Origin: Phoronis australis
Lineage: Eukaryota > Animalia > Phoronida
Assembly: GCA_002633005.1 (NCBI GenBank)
Contig: NMRA01000984.1
Coordinates: 16,867-78,618, forward strand
Direction of reading: 5' to 3'
DNA length: 61,752 nt
The translations under genes and the position numbers were made by a program. How positions within the stretch are numbered: the stretch's first letter is position 1; each line of letters starts with the position of its first letter. Shown piece after piece: positions 36,301-49,101 of this stretch. The notes below the pieces were generated by a model. That model worked only from the letters and a program-made list of their open reading frames with translations. It made no database searches and was not told where the DNA came from.

Positions 36301-39300
36301 AATTCGCCAAACTTCACCTCTGACTCATGTGCCTTTAAAATAGTGTAATGGTTTGCAACAGCCAAGCCCATTGGTGGCAGTCACTGCAGTGCTGTATAGG
36401 ATACCTCCATAAGTGGGCTCTTACCTTGACGTCATAACCAATACCGTGTGCTCTGCACATCTGGAAGAAGACGCTGTAGTGTACTATGGCCAGGTTTGTG
36501 TGCAGTAGTTTGGTGCTGAACACTGCATATCTGTTGAGACCGGGAGGCTGGAACATTACGGGAAGCATTAGAACGGACACAGCAACTACAGAATATAATA
36601 TATAAAGCTAGCACGGTGAGTGTGACAAAACACCGCTCGCTTTGTACATAATTGAATCTGAGTAGTGACAGTGATAGGCAAACTCTACGCCCCTTATGCC
36701 ACAGGGGCCTGTATCATTGTAATATGTAATCAACTTTCAAGTGCAAACAAATATTAAGAACATGAAGTTCAAAGTATAAATGAAGTAAAAGGAAAGAAAG
36801 AAGAAAGTGGAATTACATTGATGTGGTTATTTTTTAGACGGCGAATAATTAGCTGACGAGTTTGCACAATTCCGAACACATTGAGAGAGCCGTAAGCCAC
36901 GTCTCGGAACGTTGTGTCGCTCTTAATGTCAGGGAACGCCTTGTGAAATGCTTCAATTATGTCCTTCTCATTCAGACTGCCTGCGAGTCGCTGCTCAAAT
37001 AGTGTGAGTTGGAAGAATGGCGGGTCTTCTAGTATCGTTGAGTTAAACGAGCGTAGAGCCTCGTTCTGGGCTGCGATAGGCACTCTACCCACAAATGAGT
37101 GTACACGACGTGGTGATGGTATGTGCCGCAGGTTAGTTGGGCTCAAGTTATCATCGGGCTTGATCTTAGTATAGAGACTAACAGTTTTCCTTCTGGGAAT
37201 AGAGTCTGAATGTCGATCATGCACCTACAAAGGGTATCGCAACAGATGCACAGAAGACGGGGTTAATGCGCAGATTTTACAGGCGAGCCTAACGCTCAAA
37301 TGATATTTGCTGAAAGTAAAAGTCGTATAATGTAATAATTCCATCAACTGCCAACTTCAAATAGGAACACTGAATATTCCCATATCAAGCTGTAAGTGAT
37401 CTTCACCCAGTTATAGCTTTATGAGTCACCGCATAAAAATGTCAGACCAAATGAAATATTCAGGGAACGTAAAATTAAATTTTCTACTATGCAATTTCAT
37501 TGGGTAGATCTATTGTCGAAGTTATTTGCCATTTTTCCCGATGTTTTTAAAAAAAGTGAAACTCATCCTTTCCATCACTAATCTTATCCTAGACCAGTAA
37601 AATTGCAGACATTTTTGCAGTAAACTCATTACAATTTCAATCAGCTTTGAAAGTTTTCATAGATACTACCTTGCAGAACTTTCTTTCATCATTCAGGCAA
37701 TGTTTTGAATCACCAAAATTGTTCTCAGCTCAATGTCTGCAAGGACAGAATTAATCATGCTGTGTTTTCTTTAAAGATCTTGTTACGTCTTTTTAGAGAC
37801 AATTGACAACAGGAAAATCTCTTGGCTCACATGACCTAACATACCCCAAATTTGCTGGGCCCAGCTTTCGAAGAAATGGTTGTTTATTATAAGCAAATTT
37901 TAAAATTAGTTGTTGTTCAAAACCTTAGCCAATCCTACAATTAACTAAATGTCAAATCATTCGTCGTGTTCACATTCTTGCTCAAATTCTCAGGCAGTGA
38001 CTGTTTATAATTATCAAATGTATTCTATTCAAAACACTGTGTTTTAGAGATGGTTGTAAGGGCGAAATTAGGCCATACAGAGATTAGAGGGGCGGGACTC
38101 CTCCCCTAAGGACACAAACAAAAGAAATACCACCGGCATGTTGTTTGCAGGATCTCACAGAATTTTTCAATCGGGAAATTGCGGTTGAGCACCCTCTTTG
38201 CGACATTCTAGTTTTGCCAGAGTAGGCCCAAGAATGACCTTTAAGTGACAGATATTCTAAATCAATGGTGAGCGGTGATGTAGAGCACTAAGCAAGAAGA
38301 AACCATTTTAAAAAGCAAGAAGACATAAAAGATTGAGTAGTTAAGATTGTTCTGTGCTATCAACTGAGCAGAAAGCATAGTGAACAGTCATGGACATGAA
38401 CCATCACTGAGTCTACAAGACTGTACAGACCTCTTCAAGTTCTTCACGCTTGCGTCGCCGTTTGCGCTCTTTTTGTTTGGGTGCGGGAATGTCGTACATG
38501 TGATTGGACACGTCAAGGCAGCCGTTGGTGACAAAATTCATGAGTTGCAGCATGGAGTGTGAGTCATCATAGCACAAGTTCAGGTCAGTCGCCCACAGAA
38601 CTTGCTCCTCCTGGGGGACATTGACAAACATTAATTATTTTCAAGACATGACCATATCTTAAAAAAGGACTCTGTCACAGCAAAAATTGCAATAAAAGTA
38701 AAGAAATTTACTGTCTGTAATTATTATTTATCCGAAAACTTCATAAAAGGCAATGCGGAAGAAACAGTAAGAACTTTTGATGTTTCAAACACTTGTGAAT
38801 ATTAATAAGTTTTCAAAAATTCTAAGAATTACACGGTTGAGCAATGTAATTTTCCCATTGCACACCTCATCAAAAATAGAGCAGGTCATGAACACATTTG
38901 AAACGTAGCAGAGTACCCCCCAGGTCACGTGAAACACAACAGAGTACCCCCCAGGTCACGTGAAACACAACAGAGTAGCCCCCAGGTCACCAACACATTA
39001 ATTAGAAACACAGCAATCAGTACTTTACTTACAGAGTCCATGTCGATGAAGGTGACAAAGTCTATGATAAAGTATCCAGTCACACCACGCGATTTACACG
39101 CTTCAGCGACCTTCAAGCACGCATTATTCAATTGTTCTGGCTCAACTGATGACTGAGGCACAGATAGGCCCCAGCATTTGTAGGGCGAGTCCGCGTGGAT
39201 TTGGTCACCGATTCCTAGTATGTTGATCTTGCCATTCGGTTCAATGAACATATTGGCTGACAGGGCTGTCATGCTGTCAGAAGGGGGCGTGGCCTCGATG

Positions 39301-42300
39301 ACTCCGCCCAGGGCTAGGAACTGTCGTAAGAAGTCCCGCCATGTTGGGTAGTCAGCCTTGTGAATAGGTTCCGCATGCTTGTCAAGCAGCTCTGCTATCT
39401 CAGAGTAAATCTTGATGTAAGCAGGCTCCTAATGGATATAAAAGTCAATCTCAGTAAAATTGAAATGAGAACAGTCTGATAAGAGTAAGCCACATAGTGT
39501 ACACAGTGATAATCATGTTAAGCTCAGTACGTCCATTTCAAAGAAGGAATTAAACTGGAGGCAAATCTAGTTACAGAAACAATCAAATGAACTTCACTCG
39601 CTCCCAAAGAAATTTTCCAAATTTGGCTTATTTCGGAATGTTATATCATTCTCAGAAATGGCTCATCAGATTCATGTGAAATTTTCAGATATTATTTTAT
39701 GCTCTGTTCTCAAAACAAAAGATTTGTTTTTAAAATATTCCACTTTTATATGAGGGGCTTTTTATAAATTTCATAAAAAAATCAAAAGTTAAATAAAGCA
39801 AAAACAACATTGTTTTCAGAAAACTATAACTACAGCATTTTTCAGATTTCATCCTGAATTTTTATTTCAAAAGAAATTGTTTATTATTATTGATACTTTT
39901 ATTTCGTTCTGAATGTACCTTTATTTTTTACTTAAAACACATGGTCATGTCGCCCAACAAATGACAAACTACTAAAAACAAGTCTACAGACTTTTTACTT
40001 TCAGATACTTTTACAGCGTTACTTTCTATAGTTGGAGGGTAAGCTTGTCAAACAATTACAAAATAGTTCATAACGCTTGATAATAACTCTACACAATACT
40101 AAGCGATCTAAAGTTCATAGACCTCTATAGGATTCAAGCTAACGAATAAAACTTTGCAACCTGGAAAGAAACTGATTGGGACTCCAGAGTATAAACGTGT
40201 ATCACCTAGAAAAGTTCAGATGGACACACAACTGAAAGTGAGCATTAACCTGAACACACATGGCACCAAACTGGTCCGCCAATCATACCTGCGCCCATTT
40301 CCTGCTCCACTTTTCACCGTATCGTTGACACTCCTTACACGCCCACTTGTACGAGGGCAGGTGTTGGCTGACGTTCACCGACGTGATCCCTTTTCCGTCA
40401 AACTCATCGTCGAGTTTAAACAGCCACACCTTCACATCCAGGTGGTCAGTGATTAGTTGAGCAAAACATTCATGCAGCTGAAAGAAAACCATGATATCTA
40501 ACATCCTGTTTATATTTTGCAAATCAGATGCAAGTTCCAGGAACGACTTGCTCCATTGCAAGTGTAAGACTCTGAAGATGCGAAGTGATCTGAACGTGAT
40601 GCACGAGTGAAATTTAACACCTGTCCAGTTTCCTTTACTAAAAATGTGACACTCGTATATTAAGGGAATCATATTCTAGTCACTTAAGTCAAAACGAACG
40701 ATGATTCATCACCTGTTTGCCACACAAAGTGGCTGACAAGTGGAATTTCGTTTCGCCAAATTTTTCAACAAAAACAACTCATGCTGTGTAGATGTCACAA
40801 CAGTATATAACTATAGGCAGTCAATTTTTCACAAAAATGTTATCAGTAATCTAAAAATAGAAAAATAATTTTGGGCATTAACTGCCTACAAATTAAAATA
40901 AGAAACAAATGCAATGGGAACAAAATAGGAACAAACTGGAAGTAAATATAGAACACATATTGGCATTCATGTGAGATTGCTCAGCTGATCGCTTTTCCAT
41001 GATTTTTGACACTGTCTGCCATCCATGTGCATGAATGCAATTTCTCATCTTGTTTTAATACAATTGTACACAAGACAAAAACAAAAAATTGTATCTTAGA
41101 GATTTATTTCCACAAAAACACTATTTCCCTTGCAACATACCTGTGACAGATTGTATATATCGTATTCACCAAACGGCACCGCCACACCAGCACTGGCGAA
41201 AATCCGTTTGGATCCAGATTTTGTTGAGTAGAGATGAGCTACCTCCGGCTCTGTGCCAAGAAGTGGAACACTGAGAGCTTGGGCCACAGACAGGTCATCA
41301 ACGTGTGGCTGACCCGAGACAATATAGGCGTCCCTTCCTTTGATCAGGTTCTTGATCCGCCGTAATGCCCTGGGGCTGTACTTGAGATGGGTGGCAAGGC
41401 ACATGCGGTGTGTCTGCAGTGAACATGGCACAACAATAAACCTTTTCCAAAGGAAGCAAGATTCAGTCTATAACTTAAAGCCTCATTACCCATTATGGAT
41501 GACTTAGTACGTGAATACATTATCCCACCAATTTAGGTCACAATATTGCAGACGTTAAATTTCATTTTTTCTTTTTCGATAAAAGACATGAGCCGCAAAA
41601 TAAATATATTTCCATATTCAAGTTCTGTACCATAGCTATTCAGGCAATATTTTTGAAAAGTTGTGAGAATCCACAACTATAATGTTAATTGAAGCCCTCA
41701 AAAAGTGACAGAGCAACTTTGCCAAAATATATTTTTGATCAAAATAAGTGAAATTTTACAGTCTATAATACTGTGGTCTAATCTCAAAACTTGAAATTAA
41801 AGTGGTTTGAAAGAGAACATATCAAATTAGACTATCAGAGATTAAGCAAATCCTGAGTTTGAGAAAAACACAAGACAGCCAAAATTTTGGCAAGTCTAAT
41901 GATTTAAGAATAAATGTCAATTTCCAAGAACTGGTAAGTTTTTAAAAGACTGCAGCATAAATGTGGAATAAAATAAAATTTTGATGATTTAACTGACTTT
42001 TTGTTCACTTTGATTTTTCTTAATTCCAAGGAAATTGCTATTCACCTAAAGCTTTGTAAAGGTATTCATGTTCCAGGCAGATAACTCTGCAAAAGTCTGA
42101 TATAATATGCCGGCATTTTGGGAACCAAATGATGCACGTTTTTTAGTGGGCGAAACTGGTTCTCAAAATGAGGGTATAATATGACACAGTTATTGCCAAT
42201 AGCTCTACAAATCACTCACTGGAAAGCTGTTGATTGCCTCCGGTACGACTATTTTAAACCGGTCGGTTATTGCGTTACTTTGGTCATCCACGTTTCCTGA

Positions 42301-45300
42301 GTCAATAGCCGCCTTTAGACTAAGTAGCTTGGAGTAGTATTGCAATGTTTCATCATTAACAGGCACGGGCGATACATAGATGATGTCTACGTTAGGATCT
42401 GAAAAGTCATCATAATATTTCAATCTATCATGAACAGGCATGGGTGATAGTAGATGTCTACAGTATCTGAAAAGTCAGCACTTATTCTTCAGTTACACCT
42501 TAGGCACAAGTTTCTATAGGAATCGGTGCATTTTACCCTCAAAGTCCCAGAAAAGAGGTGCGTCATTACATCAACAGCCTTAGATTACAATTCCCCAGGA
42601 TTCCAAGGCTGCTCTATTGTTAGAGTTAATGAGGTTTGATTTTGCGTGACCTTATTTGGTCATAAACAGATGCGGTAAACAAATTAGGCTTAATTCAGAA
42701 ATTAAAGTCTTAAACTTGAAATTTTGAAAAATAACCTTCACAGGGTTTTCAGCATGAAAATTAAGAAATCAAGAACGTGTCAGTTGGGTTGTTGGTTTTT
42801 AGAAATCGGTAAACTATTAATTGCAATGACAGCTTTAAATGACTTTGACTTGCTAACTACTGAATACATTTTCCACTTCTGGTTAGTGTATGGGTTTCCA
42901 CATATAATAGACAGGTTCAATAGATAATGCAGACCCATCTGGATATTCAGAAGGCTTCGGAATATCTAACTGTAAAAATGTAAAAACTCTGGTCATCAGC
43001 ATCAAATGCAGTAACTATACCGACAGTATAGTTTATTGATGGTATAAGTCAAAAGTAATCATACAAAATAACCCTGAAGTCACGTCATGCTGACTGGGCG
43101 AAAGCTGACTTCATAGTCAGATTCAACTTCAAAATTGAAAATACCGTATTCGCCGTAATAACCGCCCAGGGCGCTTAGAAAAGTTCGGTTAAGGGGGGGT
43201 GCTTATTATAACCCAAGGCGGTTGAAACCCGGTCTCCAAAACGGGTGAAATCGGAAGCTAAGATTCGTCAAATTTACGCTCTGTATTGCATGTAATCTAT
43301 GAAAGACTTTCAACAAAACAGTGGTGCATTGCTATCAAACTTTGCTGCTAAATTACGATCATTTTACAGAAAATTGTGCTGAAATCCCAGGGCGAAAACT
43401 CGCCAACTGACTGCTTCGAAATCGCCGTCTTCGATATGGCGACTTCAATGCTTGAATAAAAATGGTTTCGATAAAGTACCTGAAATCCTCATTAAATTTT
43501 ATATGTAGCGTCTCTAAGGTTTTTAAGTTCCCGTGGAGTCTGGATTAACGGCAGGTTTAAGTATAAATCTGTGTAACATCGTGCCATCTACATGTATGAT
43601 CGGCAACACGGCGAGAAAAATGTCTGGACGAACACACATGTTGTTGTCACGTGACGTTTGTTTTGAAGTTCGTCAGCGAGTAAGCGAGCGCGTGCGTGTC
43701 ACCAGAGTTCATTTGCCAAAGCAGAGACCGTCTTTCGGTCAGAGCCACGCAATCTAACTAGCTAGATGTGTCTAAAGAAATTTGCACAAGCAGTAGACCT
43801 AAACCAGAGCGTGTTTTATTCAGCACTTGCCGGTCTCGTGCTAAAAACTTTCGACATTTGTCTCGGCAAGGCCGATATTAGTCGCCGTGTAGCTGGATGC
43901 GTACGTAACTATCTGACATTTATTTTTCGGTGTAAGGGTGTGTAAGCATTCAGTGTCAGTTGTCATTTTATCGGATATTCGGCTTAATGACACCAGTTAC
44001 GGTTAATCAAACAATGCATCTCAAAAATAACGCAAACATGTTTGATAGTATTAGAAATTGTCGGAAATTAGTTCCAATATTCATTTCTTATCGATGCTAT
44101 GCTACCCGCTTCATGAATAGATAGTTCCCAACTAATGTCTTTGATGACAGGTTATGTAGCGCGCGCTTCCTGGCCACGTGCGCTTAACACCGAGTTATTT
44201 TTATTCATGAGACAGTCGATGTGTCTACTGAAAGGTCAGACCATGGGACACGATCGTCGCGAGAGCGTAGCAACGCTGTTGCTTTCTTTTTGAAGCGCTG
44301 CGTTGCTTTGTCACGGCTAAATACAAACGTAGCTGGTGGTCTAGAAGACCCGTGCAATTTTTTTTTGATAAATTGAAGACGTTACTGTAGCCGAGTTTTA
44401 GGACTGTGGGTACGTCATTGTTCGCATGTACACGTTCATGGACAGGGCGCTTATTTCAGCAAAGTCTGAAAACGCGTGGGGGGCGCTTATAGGGGCATGG
44501 GCGGTTATTACGGCGAATACGGTAATGAATGTTAACTAGGCTTATATTAGAACTTGAAAGATTTCTCATTACAAACGCAAGATAAAAACGTTACGTGATA
44601 ATGCCTCAAAGACATTTATATGCAATAAAGGTCAAACGTTATCAAAACAAAATGACTTGCCCAAGACTGTGTGAAAGCAAAATTCCCCATCACGTTACCT
44701 AATCAATGTAAGTTTGGTTTAAAGTAAAAAATTCTACAGACCTATTTTCAGAAAATATAATGCTATTTAATATTAAATTAAACACAGTTTTGTAGATATT
44801 TTGGAAATTACGTGTCAGATTTTTCAATAAGATCCCATGTAAATATAGGTCATACTACATGCTTTCAATATACAGTGAAGACTCAACCTGCAGGTCACAC
44901 CATCAGCCTTAAGGACAGACTTGCCTTTAACCACACAGTGATGACTCAACCTGCAGGTTACACCATAAGTGTTAAGGACAGACCTGCCTTTCATACACAG
45001 TGATGACTCACCCTGCAGGTCACACAGCCGAGCCATCTGAGTGTTCTGGCGGACACCCAGTTCGTGCACTCTATCTCGTAATATCTGAGAATGACCAAGA
45101 GACGGAACGTGAATGATGACACGCTTGGAGTTCTTGATTCTGTTCCACTGTAGAGCCAGTTTCTGAAAAGAGGAACTAACAAAAATCAGCAACAAGTTTG
45201 TCAACATAAAAACCACAGGCACACAAACATCCCGATGACTAATAAAAAAAATGTTTAATACTGCCAGTATTAAGTTTTGGTGCCAAAGGAGGATATGAGG

Positions 45301-48300
45301 AACAGATAGATTAAAGGACCTGTGATACAACTTGACAAAATGATTGATTGCAAACTTCCACTAGAACATAATTTTAGGGTAAAATTTGCACAACTTATCA
45401 ACTTATTCATGACTTGAAGATAAATAAAGACTATTCCGTTACACATTGGTGGTGTCTTATACTCCAGTTTTGAGTTGGCACAATAGGAAAAAAGTATTGA
45501 CTTATTATGGTCTGTTTAGATTACACTGCGCTTTGTTTATTTCATAGCTGAGAACACTAGCTATGGGACAAACGTTCCTCATCCGGAGTGAAGCATGGCT
45601 GCCATATTTTGTAACTGTGGTTTGCTGAACAAACTTTACACCCAGAAAACTTAATTATTTCAATCATATCTACATGATCATTGATAAAATATGATTATTT
45701 TGACTTATGTTTAGGTATAAACAATACAGGCATGTTCGCCTTTAGCCAGCTGACCTTTGACCTCTCCTTGAAGGCAGCCAGTTCGTCTGCTCTCGTTTGC
45801 TTTAACCCTTTGCGCACCATAGCCATCTTCACGTGCATGATCCATGTGATTGCTATGACCCCTGCAGCCCATTTCTTCTGTCGATGCTCGAGGTAGATAC
45901 TCCGTGATTGGTAACACTTCCATGTCGCTTGGATCTTTGCAGCCGCAAGGTCACGACCTTCAGGTCCCAGATAGCGTCGACCCTGAAGGTAAAAAACACT
46001 GTTCATCTAAACTTGTCAAGAGCATGATTATGGAAGCATCAACTGCAAGAGCACGGCCGGAACATCAGCTTTTCCAAAGCAACCCGAGCACAGCATTATG
46101 TGAGGTCTTTGGTGTACTGCAGCCTAAAGATTTTTGAAATACAGTACAAGCCAAAACTAATTCAAACTGTATACTATATTACTTGCTCAGTAGCTGAAGA
46201 ATAACCTAAAGCTAATGTTTAGCTTCCATATGTACAGACTAATGCAGGCCTCCACTAATAGAAGCTACACTGGTCATAATCATTTTATAATGACCCAATG
46301 GCTAAACAGAGTGGCACTAGAGGGCAGCACCTCTTCAATACCCACCGGCCTAAATATTAGAGACTCGACATCATCCCTATTCATGATGGCTGTAAACATA
46401 GCGTGCAATGGTGGGTGACGATCTAACTCATAGTCCAAGGCCAAATCGGCCATGACGTCGCCGTTGATAAAGGCCACTGGGATGGAATAGTTAGTGAGAA
46501 GCTTCTCAAAGTGTTGCAACATCGTCACAATACTGAAAAATATACGTGAAACATTCTAGAATTAATATTTTTAGCAAGATGCTGGAAATAACAAAAAATG
46601 GATGATTCAGAGATGCTGAAAAAAATTCGTAACATTTTGGAACCAACGTTAACCCCATGTTCCCAAGCATCATGTGTCCATGTCACAAAGTTGCTTAAGA
46701 CCCAAATCAGAAAATTCTTCTAATACATTCCATTCAACTATTATCTGAAAACTAATTTTACATCATCTCCTCAAAAGCACACGGTCTAAAAATATAAATA
46801 CCCATAATTCCTACTTGCTACAAAACTGTTCACAGATCATTTCTAAACTGTGAAGCGCTAACAACTACATACTTCAGAAAAAGCTTTGATCAGAAAGTAG
46901 GACATGGGAATGAAAGTCAAAATTTCTGACTTAGGTTTTTATGTCACTATGGAAACAGCCGCTGGGGTAAGTGATGGTGAGTTATACCGAGCCTGATAAC
47001 ATCTCCAAATGATACCCTGTAGCAAGTGCCACGACAACACAGCATGCACAGCAAAAAACTGCTCCGCTTTATGAAAAGACAATGCATTTATCACATGCCA
47101 TGAACTGTATTCCTAAACTCCATGCTCCTCACGTAAGACCAGTGGTGTCTTGCTCATGGTGAATGAATTCTTCCTGAATTTCAAAAGCATTCTGAAAACA
47201 GACCAAGGCTTATCCACCCGTTTCTCAGTCATTTGTATCTTTTTCTCATTTTCCCTTTATTTGACTTCTTCTTGTTTAAGAATACTGATGTCTAGTACAT
47301 TTTTTTTGTTACTTTATAAATACAGTGCCTTTTTTGTATATAGTAATTGCTTATTTGTTTTTCAGAATTGTGTTGTCACAGTCAGTGTTAGCCTATGGGC
47401 CGAAGTGTTTTCTATGAAAATTGACTTTGAATTGAAGGTACAACATCCATATAGCTTCAGAATGAGATGGAAGCATTCAGTGAAGCAATCTTCTTCAAAA
47501 GCAATCTTTTCATTGGTCAACATCCATGCACCAGAGTCATGTGATAACAGAAGATGTCCAGTTCTTACCTCCCCCAGTGAAGACAGTAATGTTGCTTGAA
47601 TGTGAGGAACTCAGATGACTGATCTCGCGTCTTGCCGTGCTGAATTGCAAACCTGTGTTGAACACTGCGACTTATGTCTCCTGTAGCAGGAGTCGTGGGT
47701 GGTGGCTAAAACAAACACGAGACGGGCATTAGCGAATCACATGGTTTGCCTTAGAAACTATCCGTAACACACTCAGTTATAGCTCGTGCGATAAAACAAG
47801 GATAGAAATTGCTGAGTGAAAAACTAAAAAAGAGACACTGCAACAGTGAAATATCAAACTGGTATCATTAACGACAGTTACAAAATTCACAACAATACAA
47901 CACCAAAGCCACACTTTCAGAGATTTAAATAAAAAGCTGACACTGAGCTATACAGTACACAATCTACCAAATGAACTGAATGTTCTGATTGAATATTCTG
48001 AGAATACAAAAATATGACATACTAACTGTACCTTTCTGTCTATAAAAGCTAAATCACCACTTTAAACTTGTCTAGAATTTGTCAAAATCATAAAAACTTC
48101 CTACAAATTTGATTATTTTTTTGAAAAAAAATTGATATTTCATTACCAAAACATTTGATGTATTAGCAATGTTTAATCAATGATCAATTCTTTACGTGAA
48201 AGAAGACATAATTGTCTGATTGAGTGATTTTGATATGTATGTAATCACTATGTGACACAAGTTGCGGTATTGGTTGGATATAACGAACCAATATGAGAAG

Positions 48301-49042
48301 ACGTCTGTTTGAGAGGCTCACCTTGTCGTCAATAGAAACAGGCTGGTGCAGTAGAAGAAGAGAGAAAGTTTAAACACAATGATTATTTAGTGACAACATC
48401 GCCTACTAAAAGGAGCAACATTGACTGTTATCATAACGATTACTATAATAATTACAAATTATTTATTATAATTTTTATTTCTGAGTAGTGGCAAGAATTT
48501 GCTGCTAAACAGCTCCAAAAGCATCCAACAGTATTGTGCAATTTCGAATTATTATTTGCTCTCTGAATCTTAATCGACTGTGAAAATTTAAGAATTTGTA
48601 TATCACAAACATTTGAAGTCTGGCATGCATGCCCCCTATTCGCCACATCAGGTGACCTAATGAACATAAGTCCGAAAAGATTTCTGCCCCCGACCGAGAC
48701 TCGAACCCACGACCTTCTGCTCTCCGAGCAGACGCTCTTAAAACATTTTTGATCTATATTTTCCACACCGGTTTAAGATTTACAAAATAAATTTGGAGTA
48801 CACATTTACACAAGAGTTTAGTATAGCCAAGTTAAAAACTGGATTCTAAAACTAAAAAAAATTTTGGTCACGGACCACACAGCAAACAATCTTCTCAACT
48901 AAGAATGCTTTATTAGACATAATTCAAAATAAAAGTCAAAATAAAAATATCAGCTGTGTTTATAAAGCGTTTTAACTTCAGGTGAAAACAACTAATCTAG
49001 GAATAAAATACACAAAACTAAAACCAACTACATACAGAAAGG

Positions 49043-49101
<59 letters not shown>

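Noticed and set aside
43533-43757. Transposase within the Tc2-like element
   Set aside because: Only 74 aa, with no HTH or DDE motifs.
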